Below, piece after piece: positions 38,067 through 59,100 of a DNA stretch of 64,000 nucleotides. Made by a program: the position numbers and the translations under genes. Each line of letters begins with the position of its first letter. Within the stretch, counting starts at the first letter, position 1. Location of the stretch: the NCBI GenBank assembly GCA_051362555.1, contig CM120641.1:38136401-38200400 (forward strand), given 5' to 3'. The stretch is from Lingula anatina (lineage: Eukaryota; Animalia; Brachiopoda). The notes beneath the pieces are model-generated. The model had not been told where the DNA came from, did not search any database, and worked only from the letters and a program-made list of their open reading frames with translations.

Positions 38067-39941
38067 ACTCGTCATCTCTTCAATCTCCTTGTGCATGTCT
38101 CCATGCTGCATCTCCAACTTGCATTTTTTAACGAATACAGTTATACATTTAAAAAAAGAGATGAAGAGCAAACGGCAGAAGAACTGACAAAGTGGTTCCG
38201 AAACTTTTATTATGTATTTGTTTTTGATCTCCCCGATTTGGACAATCCTGGAGAACTGCACCCACTTACCTGTGGAATTTTTTAGCACGTCAAAATCAAG
38301 GTACAAGTTGAATGCACTGCCGAATAACTTTGGTCTTATTATCTATAATCAACCGCCACTACACCATCCGCTTGATAGAAAAATCGGTCCATTAGCCTAT
38401 GTACCGAGATAGACCCCTTTAAACAGAATTCTCCTCAAGGTTATTTTGTGGGTTGTTGGTACGTGACCAAACTCGTGCCAACCTGAATTTTCAGTTTTAT
38501 TTCCAATATTCAGTTTTCACTACGAGTTGACATCATATTTTATAACTCAAAGAAATGAAGTGAATTTCTTCTGAAAAAATTGTAAGTAAACGTCTGGTTT
38601 AGTAAATGCAAAGGTTTCTGAACAGACACCTTTCAACAATAAGGGCTATGAGCCTCACGCGGGAGTTATAAGAAACGCATTAACATCCTCATTAGCCACG
38701 TCATGTGCGAGAATGATGCAGAAGCCCCATCTCTACAGCCATTGCCCCAGACAACGATTGATAAATTGAGCCAATATAGTGATAGCATATTAAAGCTGGA
38801 CACGAGAAAGACACTCTCCTTGTAGATCTCCCCAGCAAGGCTAAGAACAAGTGCATTATCATGAAAAAACAAAGGCAAAGATACTGTCATCCAAAAATAC
38901 CGCTTATAATCTTGTGTTTGATAGGCACTTAATCCTCCACTCCGAAGGACATTAGATTTTATTATTAAACTTTAACCGACGGGTGTGGTTTTATTTTAAA
39001 CATATATAATAAGTGCTAGATTTAAGAATATTTTATAAATGATTAAACATATGCCATCTGCAATACTGAAAGATGGCGTAATACAGCATTGTCCAAAAAG
39101 GGTTCCATTTTATGTAGTTTACATAAAATATTCAACTTACTAAATGTCTTACTTTTTGAGCTCCGTGTTCTTCCCACCAGTCGTGGTTACTTCATAATTA
39201 ACAGGCTTTCCAAATAATTGATGTTGCGTTTCTTCAAAACAACGAATAAGTTTGTATATCAGCACCATGACAGTGGTTGCTTGTTTTGCTGTTTTAATTC
39301 ATCGTTATATAACTTAAAATACAACATTTTAAAATTGTCTCACAAGATCATTTATTTTCAATCGCAGAAAGGTTACAGTGCTCAAAGAATAAAAAGTTTT
39401 ATGAAATGTCAGTTCTTAATTTTGGCACAATCATTTGGCCTCAAAAGGTGTTATTCTCTTAATGTCGTTTATATGCAAGTGTATTTCAAATTGGTGATTA
39501 CTTTTCATCAAAATTTGTTATTACCTCATTTATATTTTTCATTTTCCTTAATTATCGTATTGATCGTGTAATATGATCCAGCCATATCCAAAGAAATAAT
39601 AATAATTGGTTCTTCTGCAGGTACCATCATTTGAAAGTGGCCATACTGCCAGCATACATGGAGCTATTTCTGAGCTGTTCTTTCCTCAGTTCTTCTCTTG
39701 GCTAGTACTGCTAGCTTCCTTAATTCGATCTAAGAATATTCTATCATGATCTTATATACCCTAGCTTTGGCCGTGATGCTGTGTCCTTTGTTGTTATTTT
39801 TGGAGATTTAACAATAATTTCCTCCCATTCGGTCCTCCAAGATCTTTCTGTCTTCCCACACTTATTTATTGTTTATCATATTCTCTTACATCTACGCACA
39901 TATCCATCAAATCTTTATTCTTTTAGGAAATTTCCTCAAGC

Positions 39942-39942
<1 letters not shown>

Positions 39943-39985
<43 letters not shown>
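39943..39985. repeat. Poly-T tract
   Basis: About 43 T. Similar homopolymers at about 1467-1496 (T), 10786-10824 (C then A) and 47434-47483 (C then CA). Confidence 0.9.
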
Positions 39986-39986
<1 letters not shown>

Positions 39987-40280
39987 ACTGGCTGTCGAGT
40001 GTGCTGTTTTGGCTTCTACTCGGACTGTTGCTAAGTGATCACCCAGCATGAGGAAAGGCACGTCCACTTGAATGTAAAAATGTAGGATAGAAAGGCAACT
40101 GCTGCAAACAAACCTTTCTCTCGTAGGTGTTGGTTTAACCTCTGCCGTTCTCAAATACCTATGAATGGAATCCAAATAAATGATACAGTAAACTAAAACT
40201 GAAATATACATTATTTTGCAGCGTCTTTATTGAACAATCCAACATAAGCAATGTTTTCATTTTGTCTCACCTTCACTTTA

Positions 40281-40968
40281 TTATGCCTCGTCAATTTCAT
40301 CTAGCAGATCCTCGACCACGTAATTCAACTCTTTACGGGAGAGCTTTGACATGTCCAGTTCGTCAGAGTCTCGTACTGGATCTTCATTTCTAAAACAGTA
40401 AAGGTGTATTTATTTTTCTATTATGGTTTAATTTGATTGAATTTAACAGAAAATAATACTATAGGTATTTGACAAGGTAGTTAGCTAATGACTGATTATT
40501 TAATTATTTATATATAACGGGGCTGGCCTGAGATAATATTACCTTTCCAACTGATCAATCTTAGCAGTGAAGATATCGACTGGGGAGCGAGGAGCGGCCA
40601 TGAGCTGCACAGGCACACCCAATACCATAAGATCCTCGGTGAGTTCATGAGATAAGCTTGGCCCGACTGCAATTAAAATGAAAGAAAAAAAGAAACGACC
40701 TTTATGTTTTTTATCAGCTATAGTTATTGACTTCACACCTTCGTCTTGAAATTTTGCGAATGTTTTCTCTTCTGGACTTTTGAAGACTTAAAAAAGGAAC
40801 GTAAATGTGAAATACTATGAGGTCGAGAGAGACAACTAAAAGCAAACCTTTATTTCCTCCTCCAAAGATATTTCTAATCCTCCTGCAGAACCCTAATTTC
40901 CGTTGACTCTCTGAAGTTAGATATTTCAAAAGATAAAAACTTGTTTCATCAAGGTATCTTGAAGCCAT
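40281..40968 (-). CDS. Small uncharacterised 3-exon gene, 117 aa
   Basis: Exons 40968-40848, 40666-40543, 40389-40281 (354 nt). Canonical GT-AG with phases 1 and 2 compatible, ending in a double TAA. A further GTGAG donor follows about 10 nt after the stop. Confidence 0.65.
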
Positions 40969-41474
40969 AACTGTGTTTATTCACTTATGACAGTGATGCC
41001 GAACTCACAACATCTCACATGTATCGCAATTTCTACAATGTTACACCTATATTTATTATTTCGATATTTATTTATTTATTATTTACATTTTTTCAATATT
41101 TATTTATTCGTTGTATTTTACATATATTCACCATCGTTGGACTCTTTCCAGTGATGACTGTTAATAACATCAACTACAATGAGAACAAAAAAAATATGCT
41201 TATGATAATTAAGGTTCAAGTTGAAAAATTCAGTTATAAAAAATATCGAATGTAACCTGCTAACTGCATTACGTTCGTTGGTAATTTGATTTTCCTCTAA
41301 AGTAAAAAAAGTAATGTGGAATAACATGAGACGTTTAGGAAAAAAATATTAATATACTTACTAGATTGCGTGCATCCCATTATTATAAAAAATCAAAAGC
41401 AATAACTTCAGCGTTAAGTCAGCGATTACTTTGCCGCTATGCGAGTTAAGTGCATTATGGTACAGTAATTATTA

Positions 41475-41508
41475 TGACGTCACCACCTGATGGTGTGTAG
41501 TGACGTCA
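41475..41508. promoter_or_regulatory. Two perfect CRE palindromes (TGACGTCA)
   Basis: TGACGTCA at 41475-41482 and 41501-41508, between the divergent orphan and desaturase genes. Confidence 0.5.
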
Positions 41509-43048
41509 CGTACAACAATGGATATCATGAGGTCTTCATTACAGCATTTTTCTTACATTTGATTTATGTGCAAAAAAGAATGTTCCATAACGTTCTATAG
41601 AAACTGAACCTAATTTTAAATCACCAAAGCAACCAAACCTTCAGATACCATCTCTTTTCTTATCCTCCTTGAAAAGGAAGACGACGGAGTCACGATGTGC
41701 TATAAGGGTGGTTTCGTCATAGGCCTAACGACCATCTATAACCTTCTCATCTCATATTCCGGCGAAGCTTTTTCTTAACGCTGTTAAATTTCTCTTAATT
41801 TAAATTTTTACAGGTATAGAGTATTGCATTTTGTCTTAAGCAAGATGCGCCATTTTATTTTTGTGCTGACCTTGCTTAAATTTCTGACAAAGTTAACTAC
41901 AGTTCACAAGTAATTTTCGTTCATGTTTGTAAACTTTGTTATCAACAATATTAGAACAGTACATAAGAGTCTAACGATGTACCATACGTCATTTTCAAAG
42001 TGAATATTTTGATAACGGTTATGTATTGGCCAGCCTTTGGTCATATTCATGTCCTATATGGGTTTGATGTCAATATTTGAGACTTTTAACCACAATTTTG
42101 AGAGGAAGTACCGAACAATGTACTAGCAGAACAGGATGGCTGGAAAAGCGCGTCTTTTTTCTCCGCCTTTTGTACATAAAGATAAACTTCTTTAGATAAA
42201 AATGACACATGCGTTCGTAGATACGAGTAAAGGCATACTAATTACTACTTTGCATATAATTACTCAAACAGGAACGCTTGTCCAATTTAATTATTATCTA
42301 AGCTTTACAATACTTATTTGAGGCCCAGTACAGGGGTGTATTCAGTACGGCTCTCAAAATGCCATGTACTTTCCATGACACGCGTTATCTGCACAAACTT
42401 TAATTAAACCCTTACTTTCCTATACAAATGAAAGTATCCCACTGACTTGATATCTTAGAGTGGACTACTACCCCGAGGTGATAGGTGTGTTGAATTTCCT
42501 GCCACCACTTCCAGCGTTTTTTCCTCTTCACCGTCTCTTCACCTAGAATTGGCTTTCAGATTTAGATCCCCAAGGGTTTAACAGGACAATACCAAATAGG
42601 TTTGAAAATGATTAATTTTGTACTCACAATATTACAAAGTGAACTCATTGTTTTAACAAATTTATCAGAAGTTGTCAACTTAGTGCAATGCATTTGAAGA
42701 AGGCCTCAATGCAACCTATATATATATATGCACTACATGCATATACACTTAAGACGGCATTGTATCTAGGGCTGCATGTGCATAAAGGCGCATGTACGCT
42801 GTGCAAGCCTAACAGTCTTTTCAATTCTTGGGTAATCTCGAAAATATCGATCGTGTTTGTTTTACCGACTGCAAGTTTTATGAAGCCTTGCGTACTACCG
42901 CAGTGCTATTGCACTGGCACAGATAATGTATGTACTGAATACCGATAGCCCAGAAGTGACCTACTTGTTGACATTTGTGTATATATATAATAATGAATCT
43001 ACGAGAGGAGCATTGTACGTGTGACATCCTCTACTTCCAGTGGCCATC

Positions 43049-46000
43049 ATGAAAGCTGACAACTACAAAGCCATCGATGGAAAGCAGGGTTGGTTGGCAG
43101 GAAAACTCGGGATATCTCTTGCTACTGTAGTGACGTTCATTTTAGGCGTCACTGTCAGAGGTATGACACAACTTGTTACTGTTCTGATGGGGGGGGGGGG
43201 GGTAATGTATGGACTGTTTTGTATTTATAAAATTATATTGTTTATCCGAGTTTGTGCAAAGGTATTCGGATGGCAACGTGAGACTCGTTGCTTATGCACT
43301 TCAAAACAGATGTCTTCACTTATTTGGGATGTTTTCTATAAATTTTAAAAGGAGTACTAGTATGTCACGGAGGGGGGGGGGGGGTGAAACAATTTTTACT
43401 CAATACTTGTCTGAACTTATGCCCAGCGGGTATTTTCTGCACAGACCAGTGCATCTTATAAGTGGGCCTAGTCATTTGTTTACGTGACGATGGTACAAGG
43501 GAGCTATTGATTTCTTTTCTATTGAATACAGACGTCCATATTTCATATCTTGCGTAATTCTTGACGTTTTGAAGACAAAAGCACTCCAGTTCCAAAAGCC
43601 ATTGTTGTACTGTATATCGTGTATAAGCAAGCTTTTAAATATGATTTTAGATTAATTGGTTAATTGGAAATACAAAAAAGACTGTACAGGTGGTCACAAA
43701 AATAAAGTCATGTCACGTATGGAAATAATATTGTTCCAGTTGTTCCACATGCAAATTTGCCCCGCCTGGTAACTATATATATATATTATCTTAAGTTTTT
43801 CCTTCCAAATGTAGTTTAAATCACATTGAAAACGTTGATAGGGAGTATATAACGTTGCTCTTAGAAGTGTGTCACGTAGAATATTAAAAAACAAAATCAT
43901 AGCGAACCGATGGATGTCTAACGTCTTATCTACTCGTGAGCAGGCTGCGTGGTCTTTGTCAGGTATTTTAATGTATTCTGGTTTATAGTGTAAAGGTCAG
44001 TTGAAATGTACACGTCCAAAAGTCGGAAGCTCTATCGAGCAACGTAAATAAAACAATATATTGATTTGCACGTAACGTCTATCCTAAAAATTATCAATTA
44101 TACTTTTTAAATGTACTTATTCGCTCGATTCATTTCAACGTCAAGTTTTTACGAATTGAATGTCGGATTCAATTATTCTTATAATATTCACGAAAAATAT
44201 TTCTACAGTCAATATTTCCTATGTCTGCAAATGTCTATCTATTTTGCAAATTGAAATTTCAGGCGACTGGTTGCTCGTAGTAGTGAACCTGTGGAAACAG
44301 TTCCAGCCTGAATACGAAAGTAACACGCCCTTTGGCTCGCCAGAAAATAACGCCACGGACTTGACTTGGCTAGAACGCCACCGATTACAAAATGTTCAAT
44401 ACTTTATACTCTTGTCTTTGCTGATATCCTTTAGCGTATTTTACTCCATGGGCGGGTATTTCCAATACTTTTACTACATCAAGAGAAGGGAACAGGTAAT
44501 CTATTTCAGAGGTTTGTAGGGTTTAGTTAAAGGGAAATTTAGCGTCATTTAATCAGATCATTTTTTTATTGAAAGTGCAATGCAAGCAAACTATACGATA
44601 ATCCAACTGTCTTAAGAAATACCTTAGCGTAATGTATGCAATCTTTTGATCTTGGTAGCGGTCAGATATACTCGCATATGTAGATAATGAGGCGTCTTAA
44701 ATGCTTATATCCCATTTATGATATTGGCCATACGTTCCTCTTCAGTCTGAAGAATGGAAATGCCAACCAAATAAATTTCTCACAAAGGAAAACGAACGTC
44801 ATGAATTTATTGCTGGTTCTGTGAATATGGCTTGCGGAGCTACTGTCTCTGGGATACTGGCCTGCTTTATTTTGAATGGAGGTAAGACAATGATTTATCT
44901 AAATTTTTTGTACAATATGAGTCGTGACTTCATGGAATTTATATTTAGTATGATTTATTTTATATTTATTGTTATTATTATTTTATTTTTGTCATTTGCT
45001 TCAATTGTTCAGTATTACTATGTTTTATTCATATATCAAAATATCAGAAAGAACCAACAAATTTTCTCTGTTCACTGATGTGCGTATATAACAATAACTA
45101 AGTATTTTATCGGGCAAAACACAATTTAATCATCCGCTCTAACATTCCAGGCTACAGCACGCTCTATTACTCGGCCTCTGAACGTGGATGGTTCTACTTT
45201 GTTCTCTCCGGTCCAATCTACTATCTGTACATCGACGGCGTGTCTTACTATCTACACAGGACTTTCCATAACCCGTACTTGTACAAGAAGATCCACAAGC
45301 ACCACCACCGTTACCACCAGCCTACGGCTTTCTCCGCCGTGGCCATGCATCCCGTGGAATTCTTCATGTATCAGGCTGTTATGGCTTTACCCATATTTAC
45401 AGTCCCCATACATGCAGGTATGATTTTTTTTTAAATTGTGATTTCGATTCCGCTTTATTGATTAATTGATCAGAACAATAAAAATGGCAAAGTAAAAATC
45501 AACAGAAAGAGAGAGAAAAAAATGAACATATTTTTTAAACAGATTACATAAATAATGTTTTTTTTTCTAACTAGGTGTATTTCTGACGGTATTGATGTAC
45601 TTCTACTACTACGGTATGATAGACCATTCTGGAGTGAAGATGGACGCCATTTGGCCTTGGCAACCGCCGTCCACTTTCCATGACAATCATCACCAGTATG
45701 TGTATAATTATATATTAATTTCTCTTACAAATCCCCGAATCTTTAAGAAAATAAGCGATCGATCCAGTTCTTTCTTTTTGTTCAATATTCTTTTGAGTGA
45801 AAAAGAAAAAAATGGGCTTTTCAATTCACAACTTATCAATTAATTAAACCTCAGATCTGGAGTGATTTAATTTCAATACGTTTCATCATTCAACATTAAT
45901 AACTGTGTACATTTTGGATTTCTGTCAACTCAGGTATTTCCACTGCAACTTCGGCTTCAATTCACTTTTATTCGACTGGATGTTTGATACCCTGCGAAAA

Positions 46001-46072
46001 GAGGGCAGAGTTTACGGAGAAGATATTTTTGGAGGAAGAGGAAGATCTATAGAAAATGACAAGGAGAAATGA
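43049..46072 (+). CDS. Sterol desaturase family protein (lathosterol oxidase/SC5D-like, fatty-acid hydroxylase superfamily), 335 aa, 6 coding exons
   Basis: Exons 43049-43160, 44263-44495, 44746-44881, 45151-45417, 45575-45695, 45934-46072 (1008 nt). His boxes HRTFH, HKHHH, HDNHH; PTAFSAVAMHPVE; NFG...FDWMFDT; several hydrophobic helices. Confidence 0.9.
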
Positions 46073-47020
46073 AGAAATTAACAGAATTAACACGATTATG
46101 ATTTATAAGAATCAGTCTACTTTCATGCACAAGATTCGTCCAATTTTATTCTAAAACCATTTTTTGAACTTCAATATTGGCGGCTTGCTTATAGTTTTCC
46201 CTTTACGCGTGTCAGAGGGGAGCCTGTTCCAAATTCTCCCAGTTCTCTAATTTTATTTTCATCTTTTCTATTTTTCAAAATTTATAGAACGTTGGCTGAA
46301 AATTAACCTGCAGAAGTCTATTTTTAAATTAAAATTGCATCAAATGCGTCATAAACGATCGTAATTATATTATTCATTTATTTCAACATAGTGTACGTTT
46401 TAAACGACACCATCATTTTCTACGTCTGATAAAGTTCTTGGTCTTCAACAATCTGGATAACACTCACCCCATGAAATCATTGGGTGAGACCAGATCGACG
46501 TGTATCAAATAGAGACTTACGCTTTCATCATGCCAAACCTAATGATTAAAAACGGTCTACTTTAACCTTGCAACAGAGGGTTGCATTACACAGTATGAAA
46601 TCAAAACCAAGATTATTCACAATCCCAACCCTTTGTATTATCATATATTATCACATTCCCTACCACAGCATATTATTCTGTATCCTGGTGAAGGTTAATG
46701 ACGAAATGCCATCTGTAATTTTCTTATCGCATTAAGATTGATCTTAGCCAAGCGTCAGAAATGTTCTTACAGTGCATGACCGAATACCATGCTCCAGCAA
46801 CAGAAAGCGAAATTCATTGCATGCTTTACGTTTATTCCTGTGTCTATGTAACTAACTGACATTTGAAAATAAAAGAACAAAATTCTATTTCATTGTATCT
46901 GTGTTCAGTGTTTTATGTCTTTTAAGACTCATAACAAGCCTCCACAGCAGATCTTCCAGTCTCTTTTAGACATTGTCAAAAAGTGCCTATCAAGTGGAAA
47001 AAGGAGCCATTTCAGTCCAT

Positions 47021-54355
<7,335 letters not shown>

Positions 54356-56125
54356 TTCAAAGTCAAATACCGGTATTTTTAGACCATCGATTCTCATGAA
54401 GCCCACAAATGGTGAGAGGATGCCAGGAAACTAACAACTGATTCCTAAAATAGATAATGCCAAGGGAAAAGTGAGTAGACTGAAGGACATTGTACGTGTA
54501 CAAAATGTATGTCAAAGGGAAAGTTACAGTGGAATCGCATTTGTATTACTTATATTTAAAGGAGCTTCAAACCTCGGACTAAAATACGGTAAGTATAAGG
54601 GCTTACACTACTTCTTACTTGTGGTAAGCGCTTGAGCAAGGCCTTAAAATGATACCTAATATTCAGGAGTTCATTCATGTAACGTGCTTCATCGTGAACA
54701 TTTATCGCTGCCGCCTTCATTTTCAACACCAGGCGATTCCAATCCAAGACAATCCATCAGTTAAAAAAAAAACTCACATGATCACTGTACAAAATTAATA
54801 CAGCATGCTTTCACTGAATAAAATATGTTTGTGTTATTTTCTAACATATTTACTTCTTGGTAATTTTGAAAACAGTGTGTTGGAATATTATTAGTTTTTC
54901 TTGAATGTACTACCACCTATGATTCAACAACAAAACTTTTCATAACAAACTTAGTCGCGCATAAACTTACCTGGATATTCACCTTTTATTGTGTGATACT
55001 GTCAGTAGCCTTGAAAATAGTTCAGTTGGGCTCTCAGAATAGCAAGGTAAGGACAAACGTGCAAAGATAATTAAGTGCACCTGTAAGGCGCATTCATTTT
55101 TGACTACGGTGTGTTTAGCTTTAAGACTTTCGAACTTCCAAATTTTATACTTCCGTGCTTTGGGCTCCATGATACAAGTGCATCTTATGCACCTGTTTAT
55201 TTTTTAACCTAGATTTTCATGTCAAAAACTTGAAATAGCATATTTATCGTGCTTACAATTCCAGCTGCATTCGATATATATATACGAATAAGTATTTTGG
55301 TGAGACTTTTAGTCTTATTTTATTGGGTGATACTACCTTTTTCATGTCAAAATAGGTACATCTGGTGACTAACAACAGCTAAATAATACATATTTTGAGT
55401 TTGTTCTGCAAAGTTTACAAAAATATTTTAGGTAACTTGAAGTCAGATATTTGCCACAAACCCCATCCTAAATTGTACTAGTGCTACTAGTATAGTAGCC
55501 AATGCCACCTTGTACCAGTAATTTCAAATAGCATTTAAAGAAATACCAAACAGTATCATTTCATATTTTCCCCAAAATGATATTTGAGCAGAGATTTCCT
55601 GCTTTCTTGCTATGCATATATACATATACCAGGTTCAGTGTATAACGCTTGGTTGTTTTCATCAAAGTTCTTCTGGATAATTATTATTTTGCAAAAGCAA
55701 GAGTAGTGGGTTAATGCAGAAATGTATGTCAATTGGAGGACTTTAAAGAACTGGGGGGATGGATAAGAAGATCAAATTGTATACACAGCAAGTTGTCAAT
55801 TTAACTTTCTACACATTAGGTTCATCAATATATGATTTAAATACAATTAAAGTACCTTTGTATAATACCAAAATTTTTATCTTTTTTTTTCCTTACTCAT
55901 AATTTCTTACTGTGTATCTGAATTTTCTTTTTTATATTTTTTTAGTACCTTGTATATGGAGAACCATTTGTGTTGGTAAATGCACTGCTGTGGGGAACTT
56001 GCACGTATAAATTGTAAAAAAGGCCCTGGAAAAGGGCTAACATTTATTTTATTAAAGATGTACCGTGTATGTTAATTGTTACTTTATTAATTGTCAATAT
56101 GAAACAACTTTAATGTTTCAGCACA

Positions 56126-59100
56126 ATGCGAGCCACAGTGCTTCTTGTGTTGTTAAGCCTTCTTTTTGAAGCAACCTTGGCCAGGCATGTTGATTGGGTT
56201 CCATGCCCCCACTCAGTATCTCCATCACCAACTGGGAAGAAACCTGTGATCACTCTAGCACCACAGTTTCAGATCAACATTGAGTGTAACATTTTGCAGG
56301 TAGGGTGCAAAATCTAATCTTTGTGTTCAAATTGTTGTTTTTCTTTTTATCAAGAGCTTGTAAAATATGTGGGTATTACTTATATATCTTGATAAAAAGA
56401 AAAACAACAATTTGAATTGATACATACAGAGCTAATGAAACTGTTCTCTCATAATCTTTGTGTTGTTAGTGATGTGGATCAGTGTTTACGATGCGTGCCT
56501 GCAGGATGCAGCTCACAGTTCTTTGACACTTGCCATGATGGACAAGAAATGGTTGTCTTTAATAATTGCAATAAGAAAGTAAAGAGCACACTGTACTTGA
56601 AAGTAAAATGCTTTAGATTTTCAGGTAAATCTTTAATTTGTACTCAGTGACAATATTAATGCTTTAGTGTCTTGCTGTACATTATTGTCTTAACTAACTC
56701 AATAATTCAGTTTCAAATGAGTAAAGAGATCACCAAATTTTATTTGAGCATTTGTATTTTTATTTTAGGTTTTTTATATAGAAAGTCGTACATTGGTGAA
56801 ATATTTTTCAGTTTGTTCAAATTGTGTTGATTGGGGAACATATTACAATTATTCCAAGAATTTTTTTAAAAATTTTTTTACAGAAAAACACAAGCTTTGA
56901 CATAATTGAGTATGTGGATGAGATAAACAACAAAGCTGCAGTATTTACAACTTCTTCTTACCACAGTGTCTCACAGTTCTATAACTATGAAAAATATGAA
57001 ATTTTCACAGTTATCAGTAAGTATCTAACCAACACCAATGTAAGAAAATTTTTAATACCCAATAGAACCATAGAATTTTAAGAGTTACTGTCCAATAATG
57101 GGGTAATCAAGAAAAAGATAAAATTGTAGAAACAACATAACTATTTGCGCTTAAAAAATGAATTAAACTTCCCAGAAGTACAAAGAATAGAAAAAGATTG
57201 ATAATGTGCAATATCCAACAGGTGACCCTGTATTGGCATTTTGGGGATAAAAGAAATGTTTTCTCTAGCACCATGTTAAATTACTCCATATTACAATGGC
57301 CTGATCACTTCAAAAGGAGATAACTTACATACACACACTTTTGGCAGTAATTCTTGATATCAATCTGTTTTCCACATGGTAATAAACATCTAGGGTAATT
57401 TTGGTAGCAATCAGTTGGTAAGATAGGGAGTTAAAGTTGAAATCATTAACTATTTAAAAACAGTGAAAAACGTCTGTTGTTGTAATCAAAACAGACTTTG
57501 TCACTACTAGAATCCGTATGTAGCTTGACCATATAGATTTCATTCACCTAAAATTATTCTTATTATACTTTGTAAAAGACCTTCTTAAGGATAATATCCA
57601 ATCTTTTCAAACTTCAGATGGTACATGTACGACTAAAGACATGAGGGCCAATGGCAGTTTTGGGTTTATTGGTTATACTCCTGGAAAGAGTGGTGGACAC
57701 GTCATGAGTGTTAAAGATTTGCTTATGTTTGGAGAGGAGTACAACGATACTTATGTTGGCCCAGCAACAGTAAGTTTAAAAAAATAAAAGAATTCTTAGA
57801 CTGCATTCCCACAGATTTTAGATCGATCTATCCTCAGAGTTTCCAGGTACAGTGTACTGAACTATGAAAAATGACTAGTGATAATTTATAATATTGCCTC
57901 ATTATCTTCCAGTTGATTTGATAAGAGTGTGTCCTTTGGAGTAGAGGGGGTAAATTTACTTATAATGTTCAAGGTACTCTCATTTGTCATTCAGAATTAT
58001 ATTAGCAAAAATGCAAAATCAGTATCAATTCATATTTTGTGGGATGTTGTAATGTCTCATCAAGGTTCCAGATGTCCAGGTTTCATTTGTTTTGTCACTG
58101 GTTGTTATTGGTGGGAAGTCATTGGCCTGTCTTCAAGTGCAATGTATAAGGCACTGTTTCAGCCCCTTTATGCTTACAGTTTTGTTCCAAAGACATTTTA
58201 TTAAAAAAAAATTCTTTCATTTAGTGACCAGTAAGAAAGAGCACCATCTTGAGTGCTCTTATCTTGAGTGCCCCCCCCCCCCCCCCCAAAAAAAAAAAAT
58301 AATAAATAAAATAACATATATTTTTATTTCAGGTACGTGGTATCCCAGTAGATCATTGGACAACTTGTGTTCATGCCCCTGCCTTCAACATAACAGTGAC
58401 CATGGATTACTACTTCAACAGGCCAGAGTATAAGACTTCCAGTGGGGACGTAGTGCCTGTTAGACTGGCAATCAATGGGACATGTAATAATATGTTTCTA
58501 TTTATAAAATTATTATATTATTTTGCTTAAGATATTTGAAATAGTTAATGTATATGAAATATATATTTTTTTCTGTTTTCTATTTTCTACACCTTAAGCT
58601 AAATATTTTTTTAAGTGAGTTATTTTTTCAAAGTTTGATGTGTTGGTTTAATTTGGTTGTTAGTACTTTTTCAGTAGGGTTACATGTAGCAACATTGGCT
58701 TGGTAACTGTAAAAGTGTATTAAATCTATAACTTGAAAGTTAATATGTTTAGGGCAAAAAATATTCAGATTAATGAATTGCACAAGATTATGTGTGGATA
58801 TAATAAACAAAGGAAATAATTCTGTTTAAAAACAGTGAATATTGACATAAAAACAGATTTATGATTCACGTATAAAAGCCAATCTTTTGTTGTTTTGATG
58901 TCCATGTGGCAAATAAGAGTTACCTTTTTTTAAAAATTTTATATAGCTCCAAATACTCGTGATCCCTCTGGCAAGTTGCAGCCAGGCTCACATGAGTTCA
59001 GGCACAACTATGAATTTATTTACTACAAACCTGGGGCCATGGATCCAACAATCTTTCAGGTAAGGTTTGTATCTGTGCCATCATTTATTGGCATGCATTG

